Shown: positions 16,791 through 26,797 of the stretch, piece by piece | How the letters are laid out: every line of letters begins with the position of its first letter | How positions within the stretch are numbered: the first letter of the stretch is position 1 | Virus record (IMG/VR): IMGVR_UViG_3300034374_009254 | Span: 1 to 64,000 of that record | Direction: 5' to 3' (one strand) | DNA: 64,000 bases | From: a virus | Notes under the pieces: generated by a model | What the model saw: only the letters and a program-made list of their open reading frames with translations | Told to the model about the DNA's origin: nothing | Databases searched by the model: none | Program-made: the position numbers and the translations under genes

Positions 16791-17746
16791 TTCTTTTTAC
16801 AGCAGACTGGCACATCAAACTGGGACAAAAAAATGTCCCAGTTTCTTGGGCTATAAATCGTTACAATAGTTTTTTTGAACAGATTCACAGTCTGGAAAAA
16901 ATGTGCAATATGCATATTATTGGGGGCGATCTTTTTGATCGCTCTCCTTCTTTAGAAGAATTAGAACTTTATTTTTCTTTTATAAAAAATGTTAAGGTTC
17001 CAACAGTAATTTATGATGGAAACCATGAAGCTACAAAGAAAAATAAAACTTTTTTTACTCAGTTAAAAGAAGTGAGTAGAGAAGTAAATCCTTTAGTACA
17101 GGTAATAGATATTTCATATATAGATAATGATACGGGCTTTAGTATTTTACCGTATGCAGAACTACATAAGAAAGATATTATAGATCATTTTCCTAAGCAC
17201 TATCCGTTGTTTACTCATGTTCGTGGAGAAATTCCTCCTCATGTCAAGCCAGAGCTGGACTTAGACTTGCTAGAGGATTTTCCAGTTGTCTTTGCAGGCG
17301 ACCTACACGCACACAGTAATACCCAACGAAATATTGTATACCCCGGGAGTCCAATGACGACTTCTTTTCATAGAAGTAGAGTATCTACAGGATACTTACT
17401 TATAAATGAAGAGGACTGGTCTTGGATATGGGAGCCTTTTGACCTTCCACAATTGATACGTAAAACCGTACAAAGTGAAGAAGAAATGGTTCCTACTGAC
17501 TACGATCATACAATCTACGAAATAGAGGGAGATATACAGGATTTAGCAGAGGTAAAAAACTCAGAGCTATTAGATAAAAAAGTAGTAAGACGAAGTACCG
17601 AAGCAACTCTCTTACTAGAAAAAGAAATGACAGTACAAGAAGAATTAAGTGAATACTTACAATTTGTACTAGAGATAGAAGAAGCAAAGATACCAGAAAT
17701 TATAGGAACTTTTAATGATTACGCTTCAAAAGTTACAATGGAATAA
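16787..17746 (+). CDS. D12: SbcD/Mre11-like nuclease
   Basis: ADWH, GGDLFD, GNHE, GDLH and YPGSP. Confidence 0.92.
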   Translation: MILFTADWHIKLGQKNVPVSWAINRYNSFFEQIHSLEKMCNMHIIGGDLFDRSPSLEELELYFSFIKNVKVPTVIYDGNHEATKKNKTFFTQLKEVSREVNPLVQVIDISYIDNDTGFSILPYAELHKKDIIDHFPKHYPLFTHVRGEIPPHVKPELDLDLLEDFPVVFAGDLHAHSNTQRNIVYPGSPMTTSFHRSRVSTGYLLINEEDWSWIWEPFDLPQLIRKTVQSEEEMVPTDYDHTIYEIEGDIQDLAEVKNSELLDKKVVRRSTEATLLLEKEMTVQEELSEYLQFVLEIEEAKIPEIIGTFNDYASKVTME

Positions 17747-19511
17747 CTGCTTCAGTTATGGGCCCAATAATGAAATAGACCTGGACGGGCAAACAGTAAC
17801 ACAAATTCTTGGAACTAATGGAATGGGCAAGTCGTCCATTCCTCTTATTATTGAAGAAGCACTTTACAACAAAAATTCAAAAGGAATTAAAAAAGCAGAC
17901 ATTCCTAATCGTTATTTAAATAACGGTTATGATATCGTATTGAATTTTACAAAAGACGACGATGTATACAAAATTACTGTAAACAGAAAGTCAAACATCA
18001 AGATAAAGTTTGAAAAAAATGGAGAAGATATTTCTAGCCATACGGCTACAAATACCTATAAGTCGATTCAAGAAGTTATTGGAATAGACTTTAAAACATT
18101 TTCTCAATTGGTTTATCAAAATACAAACGCTAGTCTACAATTTCTTACAGCTACAGATACTAACCGTAAAAAGTTTTTAATTGAGCTATTAGCTCTTGAA
18201 AAATATGTAGAACTGTTTGAGATATTTAAGGCTGCTTCCAGGGATGTGTCTCTTCAAATTAATAGTATTGACAGTCAGGTAAAAACGATTGAAAAATGGT
18301 TGCAAGATAACAAATTGAGTGATACGAATGTACTTCCCATGTTAAATATAGAAATTGACACGGAAAAAGAAGAGAAAGAATTCCGATTTTTATCAAAAGA
18401 AATTGAAAATATTTCCGAAAAAAATAAAAAAATTTCTAAAAATAATCAGTACATCGAACTGTTGAAATCCATAAATTTAGCAGAAGCACAAAACTGTAAA
18501 ATTACTAACAAAGTATCATATGATGATCTACAAACAGAATCTGGGACTCTCAGCGGGGTCGTAGCGGGGTCTAAGAAACTTCTAGATAAGTTGAATAAGC
18601 TAGGAGATCACTGCCCCACGTGCGAGCAAGATGTTGACCCTGAGTTTAAAGAAAGTCTAATTGTAGCAGAATCAAGAAAAATTTCAGAAGCAAGGGAAAG
18701 ACAAGATGAAATTGCCAGAAGAATTACAGAAATTAAACGAGACAATGCAGAGTACGATCGAGCCCGTTCTATCGAAAGGGAGTGGGAAGAAATTTACAGA
18801 AGCATTGACCGAGATCTCCCAGTGGCCTTACTGGACAAAAACGAGCTGGAAGAGCGCTTGGCTAGAGTACGAGATGACTTGGGCCGAAGAAAAAGCGAAG
18901 TGGCAGATGCAGCGAAAGAAAATGAAAGAAGAACAAGACACAACACCCGAATCCAAGTAATTCAAGAACAAACAGAAGAATTCTTATCGCAGCTAGAGAA
19001 AGCAACAAACGAATTAAAAGAAATTTCTGTTCTTTCATCGAATTTAGAGCTGTTAAAAAAGTCTTTTAGTACAAACGGCCTTCTTGCATACAAGATAGAA
19101 AATCTTGTAAAAGAATTAGAAGAGCTTGCAAATTATTACCTAGCGGAACTTTCTGACGGAAGATTTACGCTAGAGTTTGTTGTTACAAATGATAAGCTAA
19201 ATGTTCAAGTAACCGACAATGGAAATATTGTAGATATTCTTGCACTCTCCAGCGGAGAACTCGCAAGAGTAAACACAGCTACTCTAATTGCAATACGCAA
19301 ACTTATGAGTAGTATATCAAAGTCAAGAATCAATGTATTATTTTTAGACGAAGTAATAAATGTTCTTGATGAAAACGGTCGAGAAAAAATGGTAGAAGTG
19401 TTACTCAAGGAAGAGTTAAATACTTATATTGTGAGTCACGGGTGGAGTCACCCACTGCTTGAAAAAATCGAGGTAATTAAGTGCGACAACGTCAGCAAAC
19501 TAGAGTACTAA
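17715..19511 (+). CDS. D13: SbcC/Rad50-like ATPase
   Basis: GTNGMGKSS, CPTC zinc hook, LSSGE, FLDE and SH. Confidence 0.93.
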   Translation: MITLQKLQWNNCFSYGPNNEIDLDGQTVTQILGTNGMGKSSIPLIIEEALYNKNSKGIKKADIPNRYLNNGYDIVLNFTKDDDVYKITVNRKSNIKIKFEKNGEDISSHTATNTYKSIQEVIGIDFKTFSQLVYQNTNASLQFLTATDTNRKKFLIELLALEKYVELFEIFKAASRDVSLQINSIDSQVKTIEKWLQDNKLSDTNVLPMLNIEIDTEKEEKEFRFLSKEIENISEKNKKISKNNQYIELLKSINLAEAQNCKITNKVSYDDLQTESGTLSGVVAGSKKLLDKLNKLGDHCPTCEQDVDPEFKESLIVAESRKISEARERQDEIARRITEIKRDNAEYDRARSIEREWEEIYRSIDRDLPVALLDKNELEERLARVRDDLGRRKSEVADAAKENERRTRHNTRIQVIQEQTEEFLSQLEKATNELKEISVLSSNLELLKKSFSTNGLLAYKIENLVKELEELANYYLAELSDGRFTLEFVVTNDKLNVQVTDNGNIVDILALSSGELARVNTATLIAIRKLMSSISKSRINVLFLDEVINVLDENGREKMVEVLLKEELNTYIVSHGWSHPLLEKIEVIKCDNVSKLEY

Positions 19512-19559
19512 ATAGACAACTATCACAGCGCAGACAATGGAGTTTACAAGAAGAAGAAA

Positions 19560-19769
19560 ATGAAGAAAGCAATAATTTCAGCCCTGAAGGCGAAGTACTT
19601 CGGTCAGATCGAGGAAGCCCGGGCAAATATAGAGATATATCTGGAAAACCCAGTTGGTATTGGAGAGCACCCCGAAATAATCGACGCAATTGATACCCAG
19701 ATATCCAAATTAGCAGAAGCTCAAGAGAAGTTTCAAGCACTAGAAGAACTTGACAATGGTCGACAGTAG
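19560..19769 (+). CDS. Conserved phage hypothetical protein
   Basis: NIEIYLENPVGIGEHP motif. Confidence 0.75.
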   Translation: MKKAIISALKAKYFGQIEEARANIEIYLENPVGIGEHPEIIDAIDTQISKLAEAQEKFQALEELDNGRQ

Positions 19770-20214
19770 AGCAAAAGGAGCGCGGGGAGAATATTTAGTA
19801 CGAGATATGCTAAGAACTGCAACTGGATTACAGTTTGAACGAGTTCCTGCGTCGGGAGCATTAGAGTATTTAAAAGGCGATTTGTATGTTCCAAATGAAA
19901 AAAATCGTTTTTGTATTGAAGTAAAAAACTACTCTGATTCGCCCCTTTCAGATAAAATATTTACCGCGAAAAAAACAAATAATCTTATAAGATGGTGGAA
20001 AAAAATACAAGTACAAGCGGAAGGAGGAGACCAAGAACCTCTTTTATTTTTTAAATATAATCGTTCGCCCGTATTTGTAGTCACACATTTACAGCCAAAG
20101 CAAACAGAAGATTGGATATACATACAGTTTTTAAATTGTTTTGTTCTTCTTGCTGAAGTTTGGCTAGAATCAGAAACAGTGGAGTTTTTAAAAAATGGGA
20201 TTCAGTTTCAATGA
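19756..20214 (+). CDS. D14: Holliday junction resolvase-like PD-(D/E)xK nuclease
   Basis: SRAKGARGE, R.PASGA, KGD and IEVK. Confidence 0.85.
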   Translation: MVDSRAKGARGEYLVRDMLRTATGLQFERVPASGALEYLKGDLYVPNEKNRFCIEVKNYSDSPLSDKIFTAKKTNNLIRWWKKIQVQAEGGDQEPLLFFKYNRSPVFVVTHLQPKQTEDWIYIQFLNCFVLLAEVWLESETVEFLKNGIQFQ

Positions 20215-21028
20215 AAAGCTTGAGTCAAACTCAACGCTAATTGTAGACGCCCTGAACTTAGCTTTTAGATGGAAGCACCAAGGAAGAACAGACTTTCGAT
20301 ATGACTTTGATAGAACAATACAAAGTTTAGCAGTATCTTACTCATGTAGTCGTATTATAGTTGCATCAGATTGGGGCTCCTCTTCTTATAGAAAAATTAT
20401 AAGCGATAAGTATAAGCAAAATCGAAAAGATAAGTTTGCAGAGCAAACAGAAGAAGAAAAGATTGCTTTTGAAGAGTTTTTTGAAGAGTATGAAGCAAGT
20501 CTAGAAGTAGCCGCAGAAAATTACATGGTGCTTCGATATCAAGGAGTGGAGGCAGATGATATTGCAGCCCACCTTGTAAAATACAAAGAAAAGTATAATT
20601 TAGGATCTATTTGGCTAATCTCAAGTGACCGAGACTGGGACCTACTAATAAAAGAAGATGTTAGTAGATTTTCTTATGTAACGAGGAAGGAAGTTACGCT
20701 AGAAAACTGGGATACACACTACGACTGTACGCCGGAAGAATATATCTCCGTAAAATGTTTAATGGGAGACAAGGGCGATAATGTTGAAGGGTTTCCAGGT
20801 ATCGGACCAAAAAGAGCTGTAAGCTTGGTAAAAGAGTATGGAAGTGCTTATGATATATATGAAGCAATTCCTATAAATAGTAGATATAAATTTATTCAAG
20901 GACTTAATGAAAATCCAGATCAAATATTAAGAAACTATGAATTAATGGATTTAATCACATACTGTGATGATGCTCTAGGTAAAAATTACTTAGAAGATAT
21001 TCGAGGGAGAATGTTGGGTGAGTTATAA
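20195..21028 (+). CDS. D15: 5'-3' flap endonuclease/exonuclease
   Basis: VDALNLAFR, YKQNR, EADD, SSDRDW and GDKGDNVEGFPGIGPKRA. Confidence 0.93.
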   Translation: MGFSFNEKLESNSTLIVDALNLAFRWKHQGRTDFRYDFDRTIQSLAVSYSCSRIIVASDWGSSSYRKIISDKYKQNRKDKFAEQTEEEKIAFEEFFEEYEASLEVAAENYMVLRYQGVEADDIAAHLVKYKEKYNLGSIWLISSDRDWDLLIKEDVSRFSYVTRKEVTLENWDTHYDCTPEEYISVKCLMGDKGDNVEGFPGIGPKRAVSLVKEYGSAYDIYEAIPINSRYKFIQGLNENPDQILRNYELMDLITYCDDALGKNYLEDIRGRMLGEL

Positions 21029-22799
21029 TATAAAAGTTGATTATGCGCGAGACGCGTATCTTTCTGAATTTAGTAAAAAAACTTTATCAGATAGATACAT
21101 GATTGATGGTGAGTTATCACCTCAAGATGCTTTCGCGCGTGCTGCAAAAGCATTTGCTAATGATGAAGCTCATGCTCAGAGACTATATGACTATGCTAGT
21201 AAACTTTGGTTTATGTTTAGTACCCCGGTTCTTTCAAATGGAGGGACTACTCGAGGATTGCCAATTAGTTGTTTCCTAAACTATGTAGAGGACAGTCGCG
21301 AAGGCATCACAAATCATTACACCGAGAATGCTTTTTTAAGTAGTGTTGGCGGAGGTGTCGGAGGATGTTGGAACGGGGTTCGGAGTGTAGGCTCGAAAAC
21401 GAGCAATGGCTCCGAGAGTACTGGAGTTATTCCGTTTATGAAAGTTGTTGATGCCGAAATGCTTGCATTTAGTCAAGGCGTCACTCGACGAGGTAGCTAT
21501 GCAGCATATCTCGATATGTCCCACCCTGAAATAGAGGAATTTTTAGATGTTCGAAAACCCACTGGAGGCGATATTAACCGCAAGTCTACTAATCTACATC
21601 ATGGAGTGGTGGTACCAGATAGATTTATGGCCCTTATAGAAGGGGCTACAAGAGAGGAAGGATTTGACGATAGCTGGGATCTTCGTGATCCTCATACGGG
21701 TCGTATTGTAAAAACTGTGTCTGCAAAAACACTTTGGGTAAAACTTATTCAAAATCGTGTAGAAACCGGAGAACCTTACATTATGTTTGGGGATACCGTA
21801 CAAGATGCCTTGCCTGATTGTCAAAAAGAGAAAGGACTAAAAGTACATCATTCAAATCTTTGTAGTGAGATTACACTTGCTACAGCAGAAGATAGAACAG
21901 CAGTATGCTGCTTGTCAAGTGTAAATCTGGAAGAGTTTGATGAATGGCAGCATAATCCTCTTTTTATTCCTGATCTAATTGGAATGCTTGATAATGTATT
22001 GACTTACTTTATTGATAACGCACCTCGAGAGCTATGGAGAGCTGCACATAGTGCTATGCAAGAAAGAAGTATTGGACTAGGTGCAATGGGATTTCATGCC
22101 TACTTGCAAAGACACAATCAACCATTTGAAGGTATAATGGCAAAGAGTGCAAACATGAGAATGTTTAAGCACATAAAATCGGAGGCGGATCGTGCAACTC
22201 GTGAATTGGCTATTGAAAGGGGTGAAGCACCTGATGCAGTTGGTTATGGAGTTCGGAACGTTCATTTGCTCGCTGTTGCTCCTAATGCTAGTAGTTCCAT
22301 TATTTGCGGTAATACTAGTCCAAGTATCGAGCCTTATCGCGCTAATGCGTTTACTCAAAAAACTAAATCAGGATCCAGCTTACAAAAAAATGAATATCTA
22401 GAGCACATTCTTCAAGAGTTAGGAGAAGATACAGATGAAGTATGGAAAGGAATTATTACAAACGGCGGTTCGGTTCAACATCTTGACTTTCTTGATGATT
22501 GGACAAAAGACGTCTTTAAAACTGCAGTGGAAATTGACCAAAGATGGGTTATCGATCTTGCAGCCGATCGACAACAATATATCTGTCAAAGTCAATCTTT
22601 AAATGTATTTTTTCCTGCAAATGTATCAAAGCAAGAACTTCATGCTATTCATATGATGGCATGGAAAAAGAAAGTAAAAACTTTATATTATTTAAGAAGT
22701 GAAGCGTACAAGCGAGCAGAAAAAGTATCTGATGAAGCATTACGTCAGTACATTTTTGATAGCATTGACGAAGGCGCGTGTTTAGCGTGTGAGGGTTAA
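21018..22799 (+). CDS. nrdA: Class I ribonucleotide reductase alpha subunit (no ATP cone)
   Basis: STPVLSN, PISCFL, SNLCSEI, APNASSS, KTLYY and C-terminal CLACEG. Confidence 0.96.
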   Translation: MSYNIKVDYARDAYLSEFSKKTLSDRYMIDGELSPQDAFARAAKAFANDEAHAQRLYDYASKLWFMFSTPVLSNGGTTRGLPISCFLNYVEDSREGITNHYTENAFLSSVGGGVGGCWNGVRSVGSKTSNGSESTGVIPFMKVVDAEMLAFSQGVTRRGSYAAYLDMSHPEIEEFLDVRKPTGGDINRKSTNLHHGVVVPDRFMALIEGATREEGFDDSWDLRDPHTGRIVKTVSAKTLWVKLIQNRVETGEPYIMFGDTVQDALPDCQKEKGLKVHHSNLCSEITLATAEDRTAVCCLSSVNLEEFDEWQHNPLFIPDLIGMLDNVLTYFIDNAPRELWRAAHSAMQERSIGLGAMGFHAYLQRHNQPFEGIMAKSANMRMFKHIKSEADRATRELAIERGEAPDAVGYGVRNVHLLAVAPNASSSIICGNTSPSIEPYRANAFTQKTKSGSSLQKNEYLEHILQELGEDTDEVWKGIITNGGSVQHLDFLDDWTKDVFKTAVEIDQRWVIDLAADRQQYICQSQSLNVFFPANVSKQELHAIHMMAWKKKVKTLYYLRSEAYKRAEKVSDEALRQYIFDSIDEGACLACEG

Positions 22800-22800
22800 T

Positions 22801-23763
22801 ATGAGTAATTTGTTACATGAAAGAGAATATTATAAGCCATTTAATTATCCGTGGGCTTATGAACATTATAAAACACAACAGCACATGCACTGGCTTCCTG
22901 ACGAAGTAAATCTTGCTGATGATCTTCGAGACTATAGGGATAAACTAACTCCTGAGAATCGCAGACTTATTAATCAAATTTTTAGATTTTTTACACAGGC
23001 TGATGTAGATGTTTGCTGTGGATATGCAAAACACTATCTGCCTACATTTAAGCAGCCTGAAGTAAGAATGATGCTATCTGCTTTTGCAGCAATGGAAGCG
23101 GTGCACCAAGAAGCTTACTCTTTATTGCTTGAAACTCTTGGTTTTGGAGACGACGAATACCAAAAGTTTTTTGAGCATAAAGAAATGATGGATAAACACG
23201 AGTACCTTTCAAATTTTGGAATGGACAGTCCAATGAATATTGCAAAAACTATGGCAATTTACTCTGGATTTACAGAAGGAGTACAATTATTTAGTAGTTT
23301 TGCAATTCTACTGAATTTTCCAAGACATAACCTTATGAAAGGTATGGGGCAAATTATAACTTGGTCAGTTCGTGACGAAACTCTTCATGTAGAAGGTATG
23401 AGTCAATTGTTTCGAACATTCATAAAAGAGCATCCCGAGCTGTGGAACGATGATCTAAAGTATGAGATTTATTGTGCTGCAGAGCGTACTGTAGAATTAG
23501 AAGATGCTTTTATTGATTTATGCTTTGCTGGAGCATCTATACCTGATTTGACTCCAGAGGAAGTAAAAGAATATATTCGATACATTGCAGACCGTAGGCT
23601 TTTAGGTCTTGGAATGAAGAAAATATTTGGAAGTGAAAATAATCCTTTACCCTGGCTTGACTATATGTTGAATGGAGTAGAGCATACTAACTTTTTTGAA
23701 AACCGTGCCACAGAGTATGCTCGTGCGAGCACTACTGGAAACTGGCAAGATATATTTAAATAG
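22801..23763 (+). CDS. nrdB: Class Ia ribonucleotide reductase beta subunit
   Basis: FFTQAD, EAVHQEAY, EGVQLFSSF, RDETLH and NFFE. Confidence 0.96.
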   Translation: MSNLLHEREYYKPFNYPWAYEHYKTQQHMHWLPDEVNLADDLRDYRDKLTPENRRLINQIFRFFTQADVDVCCGYAKHYLPTFKQPEVRMMLSAFAAMEAVHQEAYSLLLETLGFGDDEYQKFFEHKEMMDKHEYLSNFGMDSPMNIAKTMAIYSGFTEGVQLFSSFAILLNFPRHNLMKGMGQIITWSVRDETLHVEGMSQLFRTFIKEHPELWNDDLKYEIYCAAERTVELEDAFIDLCFAGASIPDLTPEEVKEYIRYIADRRLLGLGMKKIFGSENNPLPWLDYMLNGVEHTNFFENRATEYARASTTGNWQDIFK

Positions 23764-23772
23764 GAATAAATT

Positions 23773-24039
23773 ATGACTGAAGAAATTGAAGATCGTCCAA
23801 AAATAACTTTTGACGGAGAAGAGTATATCTATGCAGATTTACCCGATCTAGCAAAATATTATGTAGGACAACTACAAACACTGAACAAGGAAATAACCGC
23901 TTCTCAAAGTGCCACGCACAGACTGGAGCTTTCTAGAGAAGGGTTTATTAACTTGTTAAGACTTGAAATAAATAAAGAAAGCGAAGAAATAACTCCCATA
24001 CCGGAGATTGATGTAGAGGAGGCCGCTAAAGATGAGTGA
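23773..24039 (+). CDS. Small acidic coiled-coil protein
   Basis: ITFDGEEY..DL...AK followed by a heptad pattern. Confidence 0.65.
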   Translation: MTEEIEDRPKITFDGEEYIYADLPDLAKYYVGQLQTLNKEITASQSATHRLELSREGFINLLRLEINKESEEITPIPEIDVEEAAKDE

Positions 24040-24286
24040 TATTGATATTCCCTTGGCCCCAGAAGAGGGGTGGGAAGAGTCCCCCGATAATTTAGCTCGT
24101 CAGCCAAAAGTAAAAAGTGAAGGGGTTGATCCAAATAATTTATCTGAAAGAGCAATAACATATTTGGCTCAAATTCAAGACTTACAACAGCAACTTGAAC
24201 AAGAACATTTAAAAGTTCAACGTCTTGAAATGGCTATAAAAGGATTTAGTATCGCACTTCAAGAAGAAATGAAAAAGGGGCAATAA
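24032..24286 (+). CDS. Small acidic coiled-coil protein, probable paralogue of the upstream ORF
   Basis: L...A..Y..Q.Q.L......RLE....GF...L pattern shared with 23773..24039. Confidence 0.65.
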   Translation: MSDIDIPLAPEEGWEESPDNLARQPKVKSEGVDPNNLSERAITYLAQIQDLQQQLEQEHLKVQRLEMAIKGFSIALQEEMKKGQ

Positions 24287-24297
24287 GCCCCTTTTTT
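24272..24297. terminator. Bidirectional intrinsic terminator
   Basis: AAAAAGGGGC-AATAA-GCCCCTTTTT between converging gene blocks. Confidence 0.92.
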
Positions 24298-24298
24298 A

Positions 24299-26797
24299 TT
24301 ATCCCTGTAACGCTGCTGTGGGTGGTGTGAAGTTTGCTGTGTATCGAGCGACGCCTTTGGTGATGCGCGCATCTGATATATAACCAGTAAAGTAATTAGC
24401 AAACCCACTGCTTGTAGTTATTGCCCCCACAGTTACAGATTCTCCTGATCCGGGACCGGTTAAACTACTAGAAGTAGCAACGCTCAAAACTTGCGTTCCA
24501 TCAATAAACAACTTTAAAGTTCCGTTTTCTCGACTAGCCGCGACGTGTTGCCATTGATTAGTGACAATTGCCGTACTGCTTGCCCGATTTGTAGTGCCGT
24601 CGAACAAACTTAAATAGTTGTTCGTGTGTGCCCTAAAAATAAATCCAGCGGTAGTGCCTGACCAATGCTCTGCTATAAATGTGTCGTTAGAATTTAACGT
24701 TGTTGGGTATACCCAAGCCTCTAAAGTAAAATCTCCAGTTCCAAGCTCTGCACTATCAGAGGTAGAGATGCTATCACCCGTCCCATCAAAATACATTGAC
24801 GAAGTTAGGTACTTGCTCTGAGTTGTAGATGACTTCACATCACCACTGAGTGTTAATGTTTGCAATGACTGCGACTTATCAATGATGCCTGCGTTTGTAC
24901 CACTAAGAAGAAGTTTAGTATTAGTGATAGCTGTTAATGGTGTAGTAGGAATAGTTAAAGAAGTTCCTTGATATGCGCTAGGAATCGTACCTCGAATAAT
25001 TCGGAGATCTGAGATGTTTCCAGCCCATGCTTGTTGATCTTGAGAGTAACGGCTAGCAATAATAAGACTATTTGAGTTATAATCTCCTGTATCTGATACA
25101 CTTGCTTCCGATACTCCATTTACAAATAATTTTCTTGTTCCGTTATATCTAACAACAGCTACATGATACCATTGATTTAATGTTTTTGTTGTTCCTGTTA
25201 ATTGCGACGAGAGAGGCTCAGAATAACTAGCGAATTGATTAGAGGAGGTAAAAGCTAAATTTAATCCATTTGCCGCGCCTCTATTATCAACAACTTGAGC
25301 TGCACCACTAGGAGTTGCTGTTGGATATACCCACGCTTCTATTACAAAATCATCTGAGGTTCCAAATTCAAAATCACTAGAGGTTACACTTAAATAATTT
25401 GTTCCGGTTCCATCATTTGTTAAAGACCCGCCATTGTCTGCAGCAGAATATCTTTCATATTTATAAGGAGAGAAAGGAGCCAACTCTCCATTCGTCCATG
25501 TTATAGATTCTGTGTCGGCCGCGTCATATGTAAAAGTAGGTCTATTAGAGAAAAGTAAGAGTGATGTACCAGATATAGCAGTTAGGGACTCAGTTGGTAC
25601 ATCATACGTAGCACCACTATAAACAGCAGTGCCTTTTACTACTCGATAATCTTTAAGGTATCCTCCCCCAGCATCTGCAACCCCACCACCTGCAAAGGAG
25701 TTTTTAAACAAACTCCATCTATTTGCATCTAGTGACTGGGTAAACGAGGCTGTAGCATTTCTAGAACCGTCTACGTATGCTTCTAACGTACCGCTATTTC
25801 TTTGTAAAGCAATGTGGTGCCAGCTACGGGCTGTAATAGGACCGCCAGTTGTTACAATGCGTTGCACGTTACCAGTTGCAACTTGATAGTTTCCATCTGT
25901 TCCGATAGAAAATGCACCAATGTATTGGTTTCCGTTTGTTTCTGAAGGACGAAGGTCTGCAAGAATGATTCCAGATGATAAATCATTTAGCCAGACCCAC
26001 ATCTCTATAGTAAAATCGCCAGTACCAAAATCTAATGCAGCAGTAGGAGATAGGATCTGAAAATAGTCTGTTCCACTTCCATCCCAGTAATAACTATACC
26101 CGCCGTGTCGATAAGGGCTAAACGTACTTTGAGTTACATTTCCAGTAGCAGTAATCGTATGACTGTTGGTACTTGAATCTATAAAATTATTATTAACTTG
26201 ATTATTCGTACCTACAGAAGTGATAAGTGCAGTCGTATAGTTACTATTTTCAATAATAAACTGTAAAGTAAAGCTGCTTACTGCTGTCGCAATATTGACT
26301 CCATCACTTGCACGGAATGTAAGTGAGAATGTTCCTGCATTCACATCGTTTGTAGAAGGAGTAATCGTAAATACATTTGCATTCTGAGTAACTGTAGCGA
26401 TACTACCTGAAGTATCGCTTGCAATACTATAAGTAATCGGCAATCCTTCTGGATCTGTAGCCACAATTGTAATTGTAGTTGCGGTGCCATCACTTGCAAG
26501 TATATAAGAAGAATCAGGCTGAGTAGTCCAAGTGGGAGTGCTATTTACAAGTGCAATATTATACCAACCGGAACCATTCCAAATGTAAAGACGATTTGTG
26601 CCGCTTACAAATGCTTGATCTCCTGTTAGTGCAGTTCCAGGCAAATCGTTTACAGTTGCATAAGTTTTAGCTGTGGGGCCTACAACTTCTGTAGCTGTAG
26701 TATCCCACTTATTTTTTGCACTATTGTATGTGTAAGTTTTTCCGCTGATTACTTGCGTTGCTCCATCTGCGGGACTGTCTGTAAAATTAATTGCCAT
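24299..26797 (-). CDS. Fibre/adhesin: NFPxSP-type N-terminus, Ig/cadherin-like domain, 3 LamG/ConA lectin domains
   Basis: MAINFTDSP; ATDPEGLPITYS; three GDFTIE.W...W.H.A..R....L..DG units. Confidence 0.8.
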   Translation of the reverse strand: MAINFTDSPADGATQVISGKTYTYNSAKNKWDTTATEVVGPTAKTYATVNDLPGTALTGDQAFVSGTNRLYIWNGSGWYNIALVNSTPTWTTQPDSSYILASDGTATTITIVATDPEGLPITYSIASDTSGSIATVTQNANVFTITPSTNDVNAGTFSLTFRASDGVNIATAVSSFTLQFIIENSNYTTALITSVGTNNQVNNNFIDSSTNSHTITATGNVTQSTFSPYRHGGYSYYWDGSGTDYFQILSPTAALDFGTGDFTIEMWVWLNDLSSGIILADLRPSETNGNQYIGAFSIGTDGNYQVATGNVQRIVTTGGPITARSWHHIALQRNSGTLEAYVDGSRNATASFTQSLDANRWSLFKNSFAGGGVADAGGGYLKDYRVVKGTAVYSGATYDVPTESLTAISGTSLLLFSNRPTFTYDAADTESITWTNGELAPFSPYKYERYSAADNGGSLTNDGTGTNYLSVTSSDFEFGTSDDFVIEAWVYPTATPSGAAQVVDNRGAANGLNLAFTSSNQFASYSEPLSSQLTGTTKTLNQWYHVAVVRYNGTRKLFVNGVSEASVSDTGDYNSNSLIIASRYSQDQQAWAGNISDLRIIRGTIPSAYQGTSLTIPTTPLTAITNTKLLLSGTNAGIIDKSQSLQTLTLSGDVKSSTTQSKYLTSSMYFDGTGDSISTSDSAELGTGDFTLEAWVYPTTLNSNDTFIAEHWSGTTAGFIFRAHTNNYLSLFDGTTNRASSTAIVTNQWQHVAASRENGTLKLFIDGTQVLSVATSSSLTGPGSGESVTVGAITTSSGFANYFTGYISDARITKGVARYTANFTPPTAALQG

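Noticed and set aside
19481-19693. Alternative-frame 70-aa ORF over the D13 end and the GIGEH gene
   Set aside because: It has no convincing RBS or recognisable motif, and it overlaps two better-supported genes.
11672-23763. Introns, inteins or homing endonucleases in pol, helicase or nrd genes
   Set aside because: The ORFs are continuous and of compact length, with no splice-junction or HNH/LAGLIDADG motifs seen.
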